This document shows positions 19,740 to 32,904 of a stretch of 64,000 nt of DNA, piece by piece (the stretch's first letter is position 1; every line of letters begins with the position of its first letter). The notes below the pieces were generated by a model that saw only the letters and a program-made list of their open reading frames with translations, was not told the origin of the DNA and made no database searches. A program made the translations under genes and the position numbers. Source of the DNA: Desulfatiglandales bacterium. GTDB lineage: Bacteria > Desulfobacterota > DSM-4660 > Desulfatiglandales > Desulfatiglandaceae. The stretch lies in the NCBI GenBank assembly GCA_963662465.1, contig OY759599.1, forward strand, positions 7,520,001-7,584,000, written 5' to 3'.

Positions 19740-22700
19740 ATGGATAACGATTTTAAAAAATTAGGCGGATACCCCCGCCCCCAGGGGCTTTACAGTGGTC
19801 GACATGAGCACGACAGTTGCGGGGTGGGGTTCGTGGCCAATATTGACGGCGCCAAAGATCACGCGGTCATCCTGAACGGACTTCGGATACTCAAAAACCT
19901 GATGCATCGGGGCGCCGTGGGGGGAGATCAGACCACCGGCGACGGCGCGGGCATCCTGTTTCAGTTACCGGATGCATTCTTTAGAAAGGTGTGTGGGGAA
20001 TTGGGCATCCCACTGCCCCCGACCGGTCAATACGGGGTGGGCATGGTGTTTCTGCCCCAAAACCTTGCAGCACGAAAAAAATGGGCTCGGGAAATTGAAA
20101 AGGCCGTTTCCCTGGAAGACTTGAGGATTTCAGGCTGGCGGGATGTTCCGGTGGACGGCAGCGTCATTGCAGGCCAGGCCAAAGACCAGCAACCCTGGAT
20201 CAGCCAGTGTTTTGTGGATGGCGAAGGGCTTTCCGGGGCGGACCTGGAACGAAAACTCTACCTGATTCGCAAAGTAATCGAAAAACGGGCGAGGGAATGC
20301 GCCGAGTCTGAAGAGACGTGCTATCTGCCCAGCATGAGCTGCCGGACCATTGTGTATAAGGGTTTATTTACCGCCACGCAGCTGGCCGGGTTCTATCCGG
20401 ACTTGAAGGATCCCGAAATGGTAAGCGCCATGGCCGTGGTGCATCAGCGATACAGCACCAATACTTTTCCGTCCTGGGAACTGGCCCAGCCCTTTCGCTA
20501 TTTGGCCCACAACGGAGAAATCAACACCCTCAGGGGAAACCTGAACCTGATCCGGTCTCGGGAGCAATCCCTGGAAAGCGCGTTTTTCGGCGTCAAGATC
20601 AAGCAGCTGCTGCCCGTCATCGATGAGCGGGGAAGCGACTCCGCCTGTTTGGACAACGCTCTGGAACTCCTGGCCTGTGCCGGTCGCTCATTGTCTCACG
20701 CCATGCTCATGTTGATTCCCGAAGCCTGGGGGGTCAAATACCCCATGGGTCCGGATCAGCGGGGGTTTTTTGAATATCATGCCGGTCTCATGGAACCCTG
20801 GGATGGACCGGCGGCGGTGGCGTTTTCGGACGGAAGTCAGGTGGGCGCCATGCTGGACCGAAACGGTCTCAGACCGGGCCGATTCACCATCACCCGGCAG
20901 GGGGTGATGGCCTTTGCGTCGGAAGCGGGTGTTCTGGATTTTGCGCCTGAAGACATGGTGGAGACGGGGGCGCTGGGGCCCGGCCAGATGATCCTGGTGG
21001 ATTTTGAAAAACAACGGGTTCTGAAGAACGGCGAAATCAAGACCCTGAATGCCCGGCGGCAACCCTACCGTCGTTGGGTGGATGAAAACCGGATCAGCCT
21101 GAGGGGATTTTACGGCGAGGTGGCTTCCATCAAGCCGAATCTGGCGCAATTGCCTTTTCTGCAGAAGCTGTTTGGTTATACCCGTGAAGACCTTCAGATG
21201 ATTATGGCCCCCATGGCGTCCACGGGTCTGGAACCTGTGGGGTCCATGGGGGCGGATACGCCCCTGGCCGTGTTTTCCGAAAAGAACCAGTTGCTGTTCG
21301 GGTATTTCAAGCAGCTCTTTGCCCAGGTGACCAATCCTCCCATTGATCCGGTTCGGGAGGAACTGGTCATGAGCCTCATGACCTTCATCGGGAATCCGGG
21401 AAATATCCTGGCGGAAAGCCCCCGGGGCAGCCGATTGATCAAACTGCTTCATCCCATACTCACCAACGAGGATCTGGTCCGGTTGAGGGATCTGAATGTG
21501 GCGGGGTTTCGCGCTGAAACGGTTAAAATGGGGTTTCCCGTCAAAGGGGGCGGCGTCATGCTGGAAACGGCCCTGGAGCGCATCTGCCGGGAGAGTGAAG
21601 CGGCCATTTTGAAGGGCCGCTCGCTGATTATCCTGAGCGACCGGGATTTGCCGGAAGACATGGCCCCCATTCCCTCCCTTCTGGCGGTGGCAGCCGTTAA
21701 CCGGCGTCTGGTCGAGCGGGGGATCAGAACCTCGGTGGGCATCCTTTTAGAGACCGGCGAAGCCCGGGAAGTGATGCACATGGCGCTGCTTCTGGGATAC
21801 GGGGCCACGGCCGTCAATCCCTATCTGGCCTTTGAAATTGTGGCGGCCATGGCGGGTCGAAAGGAATTGAGTCGGGAATTGAGCCTTGCCGTGAGCATCG
21901 AAAATTACATCAAGGCCCTGTGCAAGGGCCTGCTCAAGATCATGAGTAAAATGGGCATTTCAACCCTCAGAAGTTATCGTAGCGCCCAGGTGTTTGAAGC
22001 GGTGGGCATTAACACGCGCGTGATAGACCGGTATTTTGTGGGAACCGATTCCCGTGTGGAAGGGATCGGACTGGATGAGATTGCAAAAGAGGCCATTGAC
22101 CGGCGCCGTTCGGCCCACAACGAGGCCCCCGACGCACCGAAAATTCTTCCCAGCGGCGGTCATTTCCGATTGCGCGTGGACGGGGAGCGTCATCTTTGGA
22201 CGCCGGATGCCATCAACCATCTTCAGCGGGCCGTCAGGGAAAATAACGCGGATTTGTACGCCCATTATGCACGGGAAATCAATGATCAGTCTAAAAGACT
22301 GTCCACTTTGAGGGGCATGTTTGCCTTTCGCAAAACTGAGTCCGTGCCCCTGGCGGAAGTGGAGTCGGCATCGAAAATTCTCGAACGGTTTGTCACCGGC
22401 GCCATGAGCTTTGGTTCCATCAGCCGAGAGGCCCACGAGACCATTGCCATTGCCATGAATCGTTTGAAGGCCGGAAGCAACAGCGGCGAGGGGGGGGAGG
22501 ACCCGGCCCGTTATGAACCGCTTCCCAATGGCGACAGCCGGTCCAGCGCCATCAAACAGGTGGCCAGCGGGCGATTCGGCGTCACCGCCGAGTACCTGGT
22601 AAACGCTCGCGAGATTCAGATCAAGATTGCCCAGGGCGCCAAACCGGGTGAAGGCGGCCAGCTGCCGGGTCACAAGGTGAATCTGGAGATCGCACGGGTT

Positions 22701-24293
22701 CGTTATTCCACCCCGGGCGTCACCTTGATTTCTCCGCCTCCCCACCACGACATCTATTCCATCGAGGACTTGAGCCAGCTGATTTTTGATTTGAAAAATG
22801 TGAACCCTGAAGCCCGGGTGTCCGTCAAACTGGTGTCGGAGGTGGGTGTGGGCACCATTGCCGCGGGCGTGGCCAAGGCCCATGCGGACATGGTCCTCAT
22901 CAGCGGATACGACGGGGGAACCGGCGCATCGCCCCTGTCCTCCATCCGCCATGCGGGAGCGCCATGGGAGCTGGGACTTTCCGAGACCCAGCAGACCCTG
23001 ATGCTGAACGGGTTAAGAAGCCGGATCCGGGTGCAGGCGGATGGACAGATGAAAACCGGCAGAGATGTGGTGGTGGCGGCTCTTCTGGGGGCCGAGGAAT
23101 ACGGATTTGCCACTGCGGCTCTGGTGGTCCTGGGGTGCGTCATGGTGCGAAAGTGCAACAATAACCGCTGTCCCGTGGGGATTGCGACCCAGGATGAGGC
23201 GCTTCGAAAACGGTTTGCGGGCAAACCGGAGCATCTGGAAAATTTCTTCACCCTGCTGGCGGAAGAGGTTCGCGGGTACATGGCCACCTTAGGTTTCAGA
23301 AAAATGGAGGATATGATTGGACGCTCCGATCTTCTGGAAATGTCCCGGGCCATTGCTTTCTGGAAAGCCGGAGGGCTTGATTTCTCAAAAATTTTCTATT
23401 TCCCCGAGGGCCATGAGGGGTTTCCCAGACGTTGCACCGAGGCTCAGGAACACCCCATTACGAATGTGCTGGATCATGAACTGATGGTGCGATGCCGAAA
23501 AGCACTCGACCATGGGGAAAAGGTGACCCTTTCCCTGCCCATTCGAAATGTGAACCGGACCGTCGGCGCCATGCTGAGTGGTGAAGTGGCCCGGGTCTAC
23601 GGCAACCGGGGGTTGCCCCCGGATACCATCACCTGCCGGTTTCAAGGGGCCGCGGGGCAGAGTTTCGGCGCATTCGGGGCCCGGGGCATCACCCTGGTGC
23701 TGGAAGGGGAAGCCAACGATTATCTGGGCAAGGGCCTGTCCGGCGGAAAGATCATCGTCAAACCTTATCCGGGTGCAACCTTCGATCCATCCGAGAATGT
23801 GATTGTGGGAAATGTACTGCTCTACGGGGCTTCCGCCGGCGAAGTGTACTTTCACGGCAAGGCGGGCCAACGGTTTGCCATTCGGAACAGCGGCGCCATG
23901 GCGGTGGTTGAAGGGGTGGGGGATCATGGTTGCGAATATATGACCGGCGGTCGGGTGGTGGTACTCGGAGATACGGGCCTTAACTTTGCCGCCGGCATGA
24001 GCGGCGGCATCGCCTATGTGTATGATCCCGGTCGTCAGTTTGACCTTCGGTGCAACCTGGACATGGTGGACCTGGAACTCCTGGTGGAGCCGGAGGATAT
24101 CGCGGAACTCAAAAATTTGATTACCCGGCATGTGGATTACACCGGAAGCCCCAAGGCGCGAACCATCCTGGAGAACTGGGAAGCCAGTCTGCCTTTTTTT
24201 GTCAAGGTTTTTCCCATGGAATACCGGCGGGTCCTTGGCCGGATGAGTAAGGAAGACGAGGCCACGGAGCGGGAAGAGGTGCAGCATGGGTAA
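19740..24293 (+). CDS. gltB: Glutamate synthase large subunit
   Basis: [36 protein letters not shown] and GXGXG C-terminus. Confidence 0.98.
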   Translation: MDNDFKKLGGYPRPQGLYSGRHEHDSCGVGFVANIDGAKDHAVILNGLRILKNLMHRGAVGGDQTTGDGAGILFQLPDAFFRKVCGELGIPLPPTGQYGVGMVFLPQNLAARKKWAREIEKAVSLEDLRISGWRDVPVDGSVIAGQAKDQQPWISQCFVDGEGLSGADLERKLYLIRKVIEKRARECAESEETCYLPSMSCRTIVYKGLFTATQLAGFYPDLKDPEMVSAMAVVHQRYSTNTFPSWELAQPFRYLAHNGEINTLRGNLNLIRSREQSLESAFFGVKIKQLLPVIDERGSDSACLDNALELLACAGRSLSHAMLMLIPEAWGVKYPMGPDQRGFFEYHAGLMEPWDGPAAVAFSDGSQVGAMLDRNGLRPGRFTITRQGVMAFASEAGVLDFAPEDMVETGALGPGQMILVDFEKQRVLKNGEIKTLNARRQPYRRWVDENRISLRGFYGEVASIKPNLAQLPFLQKLFGYTREDLQMIMAPMASTGLEPVGSMGADTPLAVFSEKNQLLFGYFKQLFAQVTNPPIDPVREELVMSLMTFIGNPGNILAESPRGSRLIKLLHPILTNEDLVRLRDLNVAGFRAETVKMGFPVKGGGVMLETALERICRESEAAILKGRSLIILSDRDLPEDMAPIPSLLAVAAVNRRLVERGIRTSVGILLETGEAREVMHMALLLGYGATAVNPYLAFEIVAAMAGRKELSRELSLAVSIENYIKALCKGLLKIMSKMGISTLRSYRSAQVFEAVGINTRVIDRYFVGTDSRVEGIGLDEIAKEAIDRRRSAHNEAPDAPKILPSGGHFRLRVDGERHLWTPDAINHLQRAVRENNADLYAHYAREINDQSKRLSTLRGMFAFRKTESVPLAEVESASKILERFVTGAMSFGSISREAHETIAIAMNRLKAGSNSGEGGEDPARYEPLPNGDSRSSAIKQVASGRFGVTAEYLVNAREIQIKIAQGAKPGEGGQLPGHKVNLEIARVRYSTPGVTLISPPPHHDIYSIEDLSQLIFDLKNVNPEARVSVKLVSEVGVGTIAAGVAKAHADMVLISGYDGGTGASPLSSIRHAGAPWELGLSETQQTLMLNGLRSRIRVQADGQMKTGRDVVVAALLGAEEYGFATAALVVLGCVMVRKCNNNRCPVGIATQDEALRKRFAGKPEHLENFFTLLAEEVRGYMATLGFRKMEDMIGRSDLLEMSRAIAFWKAGGLDFSKIFYFPEGHEGFPRRCTEAQEHPITNVLDHELMVRCRKALDHGEKVTLSLPIRNVNRTVGAMLSGEVARVYGNRGLPPDTITCRFQGAAGQSFGAFGARGITLVLEGEANDYLGKGLSGGKIIVKPYPGATFDPSENVIVGNVLLYGASAGEVYFHGKAGQRFAIRNSGAMAVVEGVGDHGCEYMTGGRVVVLGDTGLNFAAGMSGGIAYVYDPGRQFDLRCNLDMVDLELLVEPEDIAELKNLITRHVDYTGSPKARTILENWEASLPFFVKVFPMEYRRVLGRMSKEDEATEREEVQHG

Positions 24294-25722
24294 TTCAGAG
24301 TTTGTTGAAGCGGCACGAAAAGATCCGGGATATCGGCCCGTGGTGGAAAGGTTGGGGGATTACGAGGCGGTTGAGAAGCAGTTGCATGATCGGGATGTGA
24401 TGATCCAGGCCGGGCGCTGCATGGGGTGCGGTACGCCCTTCTGTCACGCCTACGGATGCCCGCTTTCCAATGTGATTCCCGAATTCAACGATTATCTTCA
24501 TCGGGGCTTGTGGAAGGAAGCACTGGAGATTCTTTTGAGTACCAACAATTTTCCCGAGTTCACGGGGCGGTTATGCCCGGCTCCCTGCGAGGCTGCATGC
24601 GTAGACGGCATTCACGGGGATCCCGTGACCATCCGGCAGATTGAGCTGGCGCTGGTGGAAAAGGGATACCTGAACGGCTATTTATCGTCGTCTCCTCCGA
24701 AAAAGCGTTACCCTGAAAAAGTGGCGGTGGTGGGGTCCGGCCCTGGGGGCCTGGCGGTTGCCGATACCCTCAACAAGGCCGGCATTACCGTGACGGTGTT
24801 TGAAAGCGCCGAACATCCGGGGGGGATTCTTCGCTACGGCATTCCCGATTTCAAGCTGGAAAAATGGGTGGTGGCTCGCCGCATTGCCTTGATGAAAGAA
24901 GAAGGGGTTAAATTTGAAACGGGCGTGGTGGTGGGGGAAGACCTTTCCTACCGGTTTTTAAAGCAACGGTTCGGTGCTTTGTGTCTGGCTTGCGGCGCCG
25001 GAAAACCTCGGGATCTGAATATTTCCGGTCGAAATCTAGCCGGTATCCATTTTGCCATGGATTATCTGTGTGGTCAGAACCGAAGGCTTTCGGGAGAGGC
25101 GGTTGTCCCTTCGGAGAGGATTCATGCGAAAGGAAAATCCGTGCTGGTCATCGGCGGCGGGGATACCGGATCCGATTGTGTGGCCACGGCCTTGCGCCAG
25201 GGGGCGAAAAGGGTTTTGCAGTTTGAGATTCTGCCCAGGCCTTCCGAAACCCGCCCTGCTTCAACCCCCTGGCCCATGTGGCCTCAGGTCCTGCGCACAA
25301 CCCATGCCCATCAGGAAGGGGGAGAGCGCCGGTGGGCCGTGATGACCCGGGAATTTATGGGAGAAAAGGGTACGCTCACGGGGGTGAGATGCGTGGAAGT
25401 GGAATGGGCGGCCGGCGCCGATGGTCGCTTGACGGGACCCAGGGAAAAACCCGGAACCGGGTTTGAACAGGCCGTGGACCTGGTCATCCTGGCCATGGGG
25501 TTTACGGGCCCCACTCAAAATCGGATGGTTGATGATCTGGGAATTCAATTCAATGATCGCGGTCATATCGGCAGCGACAGTCGCGGCATGACCAGTGTCG
25601 AAGGGATTTTCGTGGCCGGGGACATGGGCCTGGGTCAGTCCCTGGTGGTCAGGGCCATCGCCGACGGCAGAAAGACGGCCCATGGCATCATGGCATTTCT
25701 GGAAGGAAATAAGCGTTTATGA
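24286..25722 (+). CDS. gltD: Glutamate synthase small subunit
   Basis: [32 protein letters not shown] and GGGDTGSDC. Confidence 0.97.
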   Translation: MGNSEFVEAARKDPGYRPVVERLGDYEAVEKQLHDRDVMIQAGRCMGCGTPFCHAYGCPLSNVIPEFNDYLHRGLWKEALEILLSTNNFPEFTGRLCPAPCEAACVDGIHGDPVTIRQIELALVEKGYLNGYLSSSPPKKRYPEKVAVVGSGPGGLAVADTLNKAGITVTVFESAEHPGGILRYGIPDFKLEKWVVARRIALMKEEGVKFETGVVVGEDLSYRFLKQRFGALCLACGAGKPRDLNISGRNLAGIHFAMDYLCGQNRRLSGEAVVPSERIHAKGKSVLVIGGGDTGSDCVATALRQGAKRVLQFEILPRPSETRPASTPWPMWPQVLRTTHAHQEGGERRWAVMTREFMGEKGTLTGVRCVEVEWAAGADGRLTGPREKPGTGFEQAVDLVILAMGFTGPTQNRMVDDLGIQFNDRGHIGSDSRGMTSVEGIFVAGDMGLGQSLVVRAIADGRKTAHGIMAFLEGNKRL

Positions 25723-26858
25723 AAGCGATACTCGCATTGGAAGACGGAACGTTATTTACAGGTCGCTCCTTTACAGGCCACTGTGAAACCGAAGGGGAAG
25801 TGGTGTTTAACACCAGCATGACGGGTTATCAGGAGATCCTGACGGATCCCTCCTACTGTGGTCAGATGGTGACCATGACCTATCCCCTGATTGGCAACTA
25901 TGGGGTCAATGAAGCGGATGTGGAATCGGATTGCATTCAGGTCAAAGCCCTCGTGGTCAAAGAATACCAGCCTTACCCCAGCAATTTCAGGTCGGAGAAA
26001 AGCCTTGGGGATTATTTGGAAGAAAGCGGCATTCCCGGGATTGAGGGGATTGATACCCGGGCCCTCACAAGGCATATCCGTCTTTCCGGGGCCATGCGGG
26101 GGGTGCTGTCCACCCGTGACCTGGATCCGGTGTCCCTGGTTCGGAAGGCGAAACAGTCGCCCCTGATGACGGGCCGGGACCTGGTTCAGGAGGTGTCTTG
26201 CCCGGAACCGCTTTTGTGGCGGGATGGATGTCCCATGCCGGTTCCGGGAGGGCTTGCAAAGTTCACCTGGCCCGAGAAAAATGGCGCTTTTCGCGTGGTG
26301 GCCATGGATTTCGGTATCAAATACAATATCCTTCGAGCCCTGGAAACGCGGGGATGCCATGTGCTGCTGGTTCCGGCAAGGACCGATGCGGCCGCCATCG
26401 ACCGGCTGAATCCCGACGGTCTTTTCCTGAGCAACGGTCCGGGAGACCCAGCCGCCGTTGACTACGGCATTGAGACCATTCGACAACAGATCGGTCGTCG
26501 TCCCATTTTCGGCATCTGCCTGGGTCATCAGTTGCTGGGGTTGGCCCTGGGGGGCAAGTCCTTTAAACTCAAATTCGGTCATCGGGGCGGCAACCAGCCC
26601 GTGAAGGACCTGAAAACGGGTAAAGTGGAAATCACTTCCCAGAATCACGGGTTCTGCGTGGATCATGATACCCTGAAAGATCCGGACATCGAGACCAGTC
26701 ATCTGAACCTGAATGACAACACCCTGGAAGGCATGGTCCACAAAAAACACCCCCTTTTCTCGGTTCAGTATCACCCGGAGGCATCCCCCGGTCCCCACGA
26801 TGCCGCGCACCTCTTTGACCGGTTTATCGAAATGATGAAGGGGCGCGGGAGCGAATAA
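25719..26858 (+). CDS. carA: Carbamoyl-phosphate synthase small subunit
   Basis: GEVVFNT.MTGYQE, SNGPGDP, FGICLGHQ and QYHPEA. Confidence 0.98.
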   Translation: MKAILALEDGTLFTGRSFTGHCETEGEVVFNTSMTGYQEILTDPSYCGQMVTMTYPLIGNYGVNEADVESDCIQVKALVVKEYQPYPSNFRSEKSLGDYLEESGIPGIEGIDTRALTRHIRLSGAMRGVLSTRDLDPVSLVRKAKQSPLMTGRDLVQEVSCPEPLLWRDGCPMPVPGGLAKFTWPEKNGAFRVVAMDFGIKYNILRALETRGCHVLLVPARTDAAAIDRLNPDGLFLSNGPGDPAAVDYGIETIRQQIGRRPIFGICLGHQLLGLALGGKSFKLKFGHRGGNQPVKDLKTGKVEITSQNHGFCVDHDTLKDPDIETSHLNLNDNTLEGMVHKKHPLFSVQYHPEASPGPHDAAHLFDRFIEMMKGRGSE

Positions 26859-26873
26859 TAATTTACCCCTGCA

Positions 26874-26908
26874 CTTAAAACTTAAAACTTAAAACTTAAA
26901 ACGTGAAA
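26874..26908. repeat. Heptamer tandem repeat (CTTAAAA)x4 abutting the carB start
   Basis: Read directly. Confidence 0.9.
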
Positions 26909-26910
26909 CT

Positions 26911-29900
26911 ATGCCCAAACGCACCGACATAAAAAAAATTCTCATCATCGGCTCCGGTCCCATCGTCATCGGCCAGGCTTGCGAATTCGATTATTCCGGT
27001 ACCCAGGCCTGCAAGGCCCTGGTGGAGGAAGGGTTTGAAATTGTACTCATCAACAGCAACCCGGCCACCATCATGACGGACCCGGAAACGGCCCATCGCA
27101 CATACATCGAACCCATTACCGCCGAGGTGGTTGCCAAGATTATCGAGCGGGAGCGGCCCCAGGCCATTCTGCCCACCCTTGGGGGCCAGACCGGTCTTAA
27201 TACGGCTGTGGAAGTGGCGGAGTCAGGCATCCTGGAAAGGTTGAACGTGGAGATGCTGGGAGCGTCTCTTCCGGTGATTCAAAAGGCGGAGGATCGGGAG
27301 CTGTTTCGCAACGCCATGGAAAAGATCGGCCTCAAAGTCCCTGAAAGCTTTATCGCCAGGAATATGGACGAGGCCAGACATGCGGCGGAACAGATCGGCT
27401 ACCCCGTTATCATCCGCGCCAGTTTCACCCTGGGGGGGATCGGCAGCGGTGTGGCCTACAACCGGGAGGAAATGGAAGACATCGCCAGGACTGGATTGGA
27501 TGCCAGCATGATCAGTGAAGTAATTATGGAAAAATCACTTCTCGGCTGGAAGGAATATGAGCTGGAAGTCATGCGGGATTTCAAGGACAATGTGGTGATT
27601 GTCTGCTCCATCGAAAATTTTGATCCCATGGGGGTTCATACGGGCGACAGCATCACCGTGGCCCCGGCCCAGACGCTGACCGATCGGGAGTACCAGGTGA
27701 TGCGTGACGCTTCCCTGGCCATTATTCGGGAGATCGGCGTGGAAACGGGCGGGAGCAACATTCAATTTGCCATCCATCCGAAAACCGGCGAGATGGTGGT
27801 GATCGAGATGAACCCGCGCGTGTCCCGAAGCTCGGCCCTGGCTTCCAAGGCCACGGGGTTTCCCATCGCCAAGATCGCCGCCAAGCTGGCCGTTGGATAT
27901 ACCCTGGATGAAATTCCCAATGATATTACCCGAGAGACCTATGCTGCCTTTGAACCCACCATTGACTACTTCGTGGTCAAGATTCCCCGGTGGACTTTTG
28001 AGAAATTCCCGGGCGCAAAAGATTCCTTGACCACCTCCATGAAGTCCGTGGGGGAAACCATGGCCATCGGTCGAACCTTTAAGGAATCCCTCCAAAAAGC
28101 CGTGCGGTCTCTTGAAATCGGGCGGTTCGGCATGGGAACCGACACCCCCGACTGCACCCTTTCTTCAATTGATGCCCATGAGTTGGAACGGGGCCTAATT
28201 CACCCCAACTCCCACCGGCTCTTTTATATCTATGAGGCTTTCAACCGGGGGATCAGCATTGAGAAAATTCATGAGTTCTCAAGCATCGATCCCTGGTTTC
28301 TGTATCATATTCAGCAGATCCATGCCTTTGAAAGCCGGTTGCGTGAAATGGCGCTTCAGGGTGAAAGGCCGGACCAATGGGATAAGGATTTCCTGAAACA
28401 GGTCAAGGAATACGGTTTTTCCGATATTCAGCTGGCTGCCATTTTCGATACCACGGAAGAGGCGGTTCGGCAGATCAGAAAATCAAAGGGCGTGGAACCG
28501 GTTTACAAATTGGTGGACACCTGCGCCGCCGAGTTTGAGGCCTTCACGCCTTACTATTATTCCACTTACGAACAGGAAAACGAGATTCGAACCAGCCATA
28601 AGCGTAAAGTGGTTATTTTGGGCGGCGGCCCCAACCGCATCGGTCAGGGCATCGAGTTTGATTATTGCTGCGTTCACGCCTCCATGGCCCTCAGAGAAAT
28701 GGGCATCGAGAGCATCATGGTCAACAGCAATCCTGAAACCGTGAGTACCGATTACGATACCTCCGACCGGCTCTATTTCGAGCCTTTGACACGGGAAGAC
28801 GTGCTGCACATTGTGGAGCAGGAGCAACCGGAAGGGATTATCGTGCAGTTCGGCGGGCAGACCCCCCTGAACCTTTCCGTGCCCCTTTCCGAGGCAGGGG
28901 TGAACATTCTCGGCACCAGCCCCGACAGCATCGATCGGGCGGAGGATCGGGAGCGTTTTCAGGTCCTGCTTAAGAAGCTTAAAATCCTTCAGCCGGAAAA
29001 CGGTATTGCCGTGAACAAACAAGAGGCCGTTCACGTGGCGGATCGGATCGGATACCCCGTGGTGGTAAGACCCTCCTTTGTGCTGGGGGGGCGGGCCATG
29101 GAAATTGTCTATGACCGGAAGGACCTGGAATACTATATGGAGACAGCGGTCCAGGTGTCCCCCGGTAAACCCATATTGATCGACCGGTTTCTGGATGGCG
29201 CCGTGGAAATCGATGTGGACGCCATTTCCGACGGCCATGACACCCTTATTGGCGGCATCATGGAGCATATCGAGGAAGCGGGCATTCACAGCGGCGACAG
29301 CGCCTGCGTGCTGCCCCCTGTTTCCCTGGAACCGGAAATCCTTCAAACCATCATGGACCATACCCGGGCGCTTGCCAAAGAGCTTTCGGTGGTGGGTCTC
29401 ATGAACATTCAATATGCGGTGAAAGACGGGGTCATTTACGTTATCGAGGTTAATCCGCGGGCGTCGCGGACGGTTCCTTTTGTGAGCAAGGCCACCAGCG
29501 TTCCCCTGGCCAAAATGGCCACCCGTGTGATCATGGGGGAAACCCTGAAAGAACTGGGGCTGACGGAGGAAGTCGTGCCGAAACATGTTTCGGTCAAGGA
29601 AGCGGTCTTTCCCTTCAGCCGGTTTCCGGGGGTGGATGCCATCCTGGGACCCGAGATGAAATCCACGGGAGAGGTCATGGGCATCGACCGCACCTTCGGC
29701 CTGGCCTTCGGTAAATCCCAATTGGCGGCCGGTCAGCGGATCCCCTTGAAAGGCACGGTGTTCATCAGCGTCAAGGATGAAGACAAAAGAAATGTCCTTC
29801 CCGTGGCCGGGGGGCTCTTTGACCTGGGTTTCAGGATACTGGCCACCAAAGGGACTTCCCGATTTTTTTTGGAGAATGGTGTTGTCAGTGAACCCGTCAA

Positions 29901-30150
29901 CAAGGTTCGGGAAGGACGGCCTCATATCGTGGACATGATCAAAAACGGAGAGGTTCATCTGGTGATCAACACCAGCAGCGATAAAAAGGCCAATGCCGAG
30001 TCCTATTCCATTCGTAGGGCATCTCTTACGCTCAATGTTCCCTATACCACGACGCTGGCCGGCGCCAAAGCAACCCTTTCGGCGATTCGCTCCATGACGG
30101 AAGAAGATATGACGGTACGAACCATACAGGAGTACCATGGGGATTGTTGA
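26911..30150 (+). CDS. carB: Carbamoyl-phosphate synthase large subunit
   Basis: [30 protein letters not shown], duplicated ATP-grasp domains and an MGS domain. Confidence 0.99.
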   Translation: MPKRTDIKKILIIGSGPIVIGQACEFDYSGTQACKALVEEGFEIVLINSNPATIMTDPETAHRTYIEPITAEVVAKIIERERPQAILPTLGGQTGLNTAVEVAESGILERLNVEMLGASLPVIQKAEDRELFRNAMEKIGLKVPESFIARNMDEARHAAEQIGYPVIIRASFTLGGIGSGVAYNREEMEDIARTGLDASMISEVIMEKSLLGWKEYELEVMRDFKDNVVIVCSIENFDPMGVHTGDSITVAPAQTLTDREYQVMRDASLAIIREIGVETGGSNIQFAIHPKTGEMVVIEMNPRVSRSSALASKATGFPIAKIAAKLAVGYTLDEIPNDITRETYAAFEPTIDYFVVKIPRWTFEKFPGAKDSLTTSMKSVGETMAIGRTFKESLQKAVRSLEIGRFGMGTDTPDCTLSSIDAHELERGLIHPNSHRLFYIYEAFNRGISIEKIHEFSSIDPWFLYHIQQIHAFESRLREMALQGERPDQWDKDFLKQVKEYGFSDIQLAAIFDTTEEAVRQIRKSKGVEPVYKLVDTCAAEFEAFTPYYYSTYEQENEIRTSHKRKVVILGGGPNRIGQGIEFDYCCVHASMALREMGIESIMVNSNPETVSTDYDTSDRLYFEPLTREDVLHIVEQEQPEGIIVQFGGQTPLNLSVPLSEAGVNILGTSPDSIDRAEDRERFQVLLKKLKILQPENGIAVNKQEAVHVADRIGYPVVVRPSFVLGGRAMEIVYDRKDLEYYMETAVQVSPGKPILIDRFLDGAVEIDVDAISDGHDTLIGGIMEHIEEAGIHSGDSACVLPPVSLEPEILQTIMDHTRALAKELSVVGLMNIQYAVKDGVIYVIEVNPRASRTVPFVSKATSVPLAKMATRVIMGETLKELGLTEEVVPKHVSVKEAVFPFSRFPGVDAILGPEMKSTGEVMGIDRTFGLAFGKSQLAAGQRIPLKGTVFISVKDEDKRNVLPVAGGLFDLGFRILATKGTSRFFLENGVVSEPVNKVREGRPHIVDMIKNGEVHLVINTSSDKKANAESYSIRRASLTLNVPYTTTLAGAKATLSAIRSMTEEDMTVRTIQEYHGDC

Positions 30151-30176
30151 TTGTTGATTGATGATTGTTGATTGAT
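30142..30176. repeat. Heptamer tandem repeat (GATTG[T/A]T)x5 overlapping the carB stop
   Basis: Read directly. Confidence 0.85.
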
Positions 30177-30205
30177 CGGTGAGACAAAGGAAGATGGGAT
30201 GATCT

Positions 30206-31612
30206 ATGAACGATGCAGGATTTGAATCCAGACGACCCAAAGATGAATGCGGCATTTTTGCCGTGTACGGCCATGAAGATGCGGCCAAACTAACTTATTT
30301 CGGGCTCTATGCTTTGCAGCACCGAGGTCAGGAGAGCGCGGGCATTGTGGTTTCCGATGGAAAACAGGTGATGGAACACAAGGCCATGGGTCTGGTTCCC
30401 GAGATTTTTAACGAGCAGATCTTAAATGGTCTCAAGGGAAATATGGCCCTGGGGCATGTGCGCTATTCCACTACGGGGTCTTCCCTGTTGTGCAATGCAC
30501 AGCCCTTTCGCGTTCGCCATTCGGGCCATTCCATGTCCATTGCCCATAACGGCAATATCGTCAATGCGCATCAAATCCGGTCGGATCTGGAGGGTAACGG
30601 GTCCATTTTTCAGACCACCATGGACAGTGAAGTGGTTTTGCACCTGATGGCCCGGCGGTTGAATCTGGGACTGGAACAGGCCATGATTGATGCCATGAGC
30701 CGGCTTCGGGGCGCTTACTCCATAGTGGTCATGACTGAGGATACCCTCATTGCCGCAAAGGACCCCAATGGTTTCAGGCCCCTGTGCCTTGGGAAACTCA
30801 ATGGGGGTTATGTGCTGGCCTCCGAAACCTGCGCCTTTGATCTGGTGGAAGCGGAGTTTATCCGGGTCATCGAACCCGGCGAGATCGTGATTATCAATAA
30901 AGACGGCGTCAAGAGTATCCCCTCGGGCATTTTATCCCGTCGAAGCCAGTGCATCTTTGAACTTATCTATTTTGCCAGGCCCGACAGCAATGTTTTCGGT
31001 GAAAACGTCTACCTTTTTCGCAAGCGGCAGGGAGAACTTCTGGCCAGGGAATATCCCCTGGATGTGGATTTTGTGATGCCCTTTCCCGATTCCGGGAATT
31101 ACGCGGCCATTGGTTATGCTCAGGCATCCGGAATTCCCCTTGAGATGGGCATGATTCGAAACCACTACATCGGTCGAACCTTTATTCAGCCGTCCCAGAG
31201 CATGCGGGATTTCGGGGTGAAAGTGAAGCTTAATCCGGTGAAGGAATTGCTGAAGGGCAAACGGGTGCTGATCATGGAAGATTCCATTATTCGTGGCACT
31301 ACCGCAAAGACCCGGGTGAAAACCCTGCGCGAGATCGGCGCCAAAGAGGTTCACATGGTGGTGAGTTGTCCCCCCCATGCCTTTCCCTGCCATTACGGCA
31401 TCGATTTCTCCACCCGGGGGGAACTGATTGCGGCCCAGAAAACAGTAGAGGAGATTAGGGCTTTTGTGGGGCTGGACAGCTTGGGCTATCTATCCATCGA
31501 TAACTTGAAAAAAGCCACCGCCATTCCCGCTAAGGATCTCTGTTTTGCCTGCTTTAACGGGGAATACCCCGTCCCCATCGAGAAGGAAACCTCTAAATTC
31601 TGTCTTGAATAA
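30206..31612 (+). CDS. purF: Amidophosphoribosyltransferase
   Basis: DECGIF, LQHRGQESAG, GHVRYST and EDSIIRGTT. Confidence 0.98.
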   Translation: MNDAGFESRRPKDECGIFAVYGHEDAAKLTYFGLYALQHRGQESAGIVVSDGKQVMEHKAMGLVPEIFNEQILNGLKGNMALGHVRYSTTGSSLLCNAQPFRVRHSGHSMSIAHNGNIVNAHQIRSDLEGNGSIFQTTMDSEVVLHLMARRLNLGLEQAMIDAMSRLRGAYSIVVMTEDTLIAAKDPNGFRPLCLGKLNGGYVLASETCAFDLVEAEFIRVIEPGEIVIINKDGVKSIPSGILSRRSQCIFELIYFARPDSNVFGENVYLFRKRQGELLAREYPLDVDFVMPFPDSGNYAAIGYAQASGIPLEMGMIRNHYIGRTFIQPSQSMRDFGVKVKLNPVKELLKGKRVLIMEDSIIRGTTAKTRVKTLREIGAKEVHMVVSCPPHAFPCHYGIDFSTRGELIAAQKTVEEIRAFVGLDSLGYLSIDNLKKATAIPAKDLCFACFNGEYPVPIEKETSKFCLE

Positions 31613-31614
31613 GA
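31583..31614 (+). repeat. attL-like 32-bp direct repeat (purF 3' end)
   Basis: AAGGAAACCTCTAAATTCTGTCTTGAATAAGA, identical to 50002-50033. Confidence 0.92.
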
Positions 31615-31645
31615 GGATCTCCGGAGCAGCGGAGACCCTCTTTTT
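31612..31645. terminator. Terminator between purF and the convergent SDR remnant
   Basis: AGAGGATCTCCG-gagcag-CGGAGACCCTCT-TTTT. Confidence 0.7.
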
Positions 31646-31646
31646 A

Positions 31647-32276
31647 TCAATCAGTGGGAAGTTCGTCCACCAAATGGTTGTGAAGCGACAGTCCCGCATC
31701 CACTTTTAATACCGTCCCGGTTGTAAAATGGGAAAAGAAATCCAATGCCGGATCCAGGGCCAGTTCCTTGACCACCATGCCGATGGCGCCTTTGGTGGCG
31801 CTGTAAGCCGGGTATTTTCTCACGGTCCACTGATGCACCGAACTCATGAAGATGATGGAACCGGAGATCTTTTTGTTGACCATCAGGTCCTCCACCCGCT
31901 TCGTGAGATACATGGGGCCGAAGAGATTGGTTTGAAATATCCGGTGCCACTCGGCCGGATTCAACCCATTCAGGGCCACCGTCGTGGATGGCATCCCCAC
32001 ATTGTTTACCAGAATATCGATGCCTCCGTGGTCTTTGATCAACCCATGCACAAGACGATCCGTGCTCCCGGTGTCTGTGATGTCCGAAACAAATCCCTTG
32101 CCAGCATTGAGACCTTCAAGCCGTCGCTCCAAACGCTTCACGGCCCCTTCATCGATATCCGTAAAGTAACCCCTGGCCCCCTGCTCAGCCATTTCCAAGG
32201 CCGTGGCACGGCCGATGTTGGCCCCGGCTCCGGTAACCAGAACCCGCTTTCCCTCCAATAATAAATGATGATCCAC
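31647..32276 (-). pseudogene. SDR oxidoreductase, diverged copy of 40636-41409 with a 48-codon in-frame deletion
   Basis: 209 vs 257 aa; lacks the segment LAKYGIRVNAVAPG...AVVYL. Confidence 0.85.
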
Positions 32277-32291
32277 GATGCCCTCCGCTTC

Positions 32292-32820
32292 TTAGACAAT
32301 CCCTTTGTCTTTCCACCTGCCGCTCAAATAGTACACATATGCCGTCATGCCCGCCAGAACGTAGCTCACCGCCAGACCATACCAGACCCCTTCCAGCCCA
32401 AAAAAATGCCTGAACATAAAAATGCCTGCCACTCGCCAGGCCCATATTCCCATCACCGCGATGATCATGCCCGCGAAATTGGCCCCTACGATGGAGAGGT
32501 AGGTATTCGTTAAAGTGAGAATCGCCTCCGGCGTGTGCATCAAGCGCGGAAGCCATTCTCCGAACAGGAAAATGGCTGCGGTGGCCAGGATGGCACAGGC
32601 CCCCAAAAGCAGAAACGTGCTTGATGCCGCCTTTTTCAATTGCTCTGTTTTATGGGCACCGAAGTACTGGGAGATGACCGTGCCGGTTCCGATGGTCAGG
32701 CCCATGGAAAACGAGGAAATGACCACCAGGATCACCGCCGCAATGGACAGGGCGCCCAGGGCGCTGTCCCCCAGGAACTTCCCGGCCCAGATCCGGTTCA
32801 ACGTGAGATTGACCAGTTGA
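32292..32820 (-). pseudogene. MATE transporter remnant (5' truncated, ~750 bp internal deletion), copy of 41425-42774
   Basis: TYLSI is joined directly to VGANFAG. Confidence 0.88.
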
Positions 32821-32904
32821 TGAAACCCTCAAGGAGTGCCAGACCTATCCATTCAAATTTGTATGTCAGGAACGCAAAGGAACCTTACCCGAAGGAGTGA
32901 AAGC

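Noticed and set aside
17565..19740. Intact integron with attC sites
   Set aside because: No integrase is present and no convincing RYYYAAC...GTTRRRY attC pairs were found by eye.
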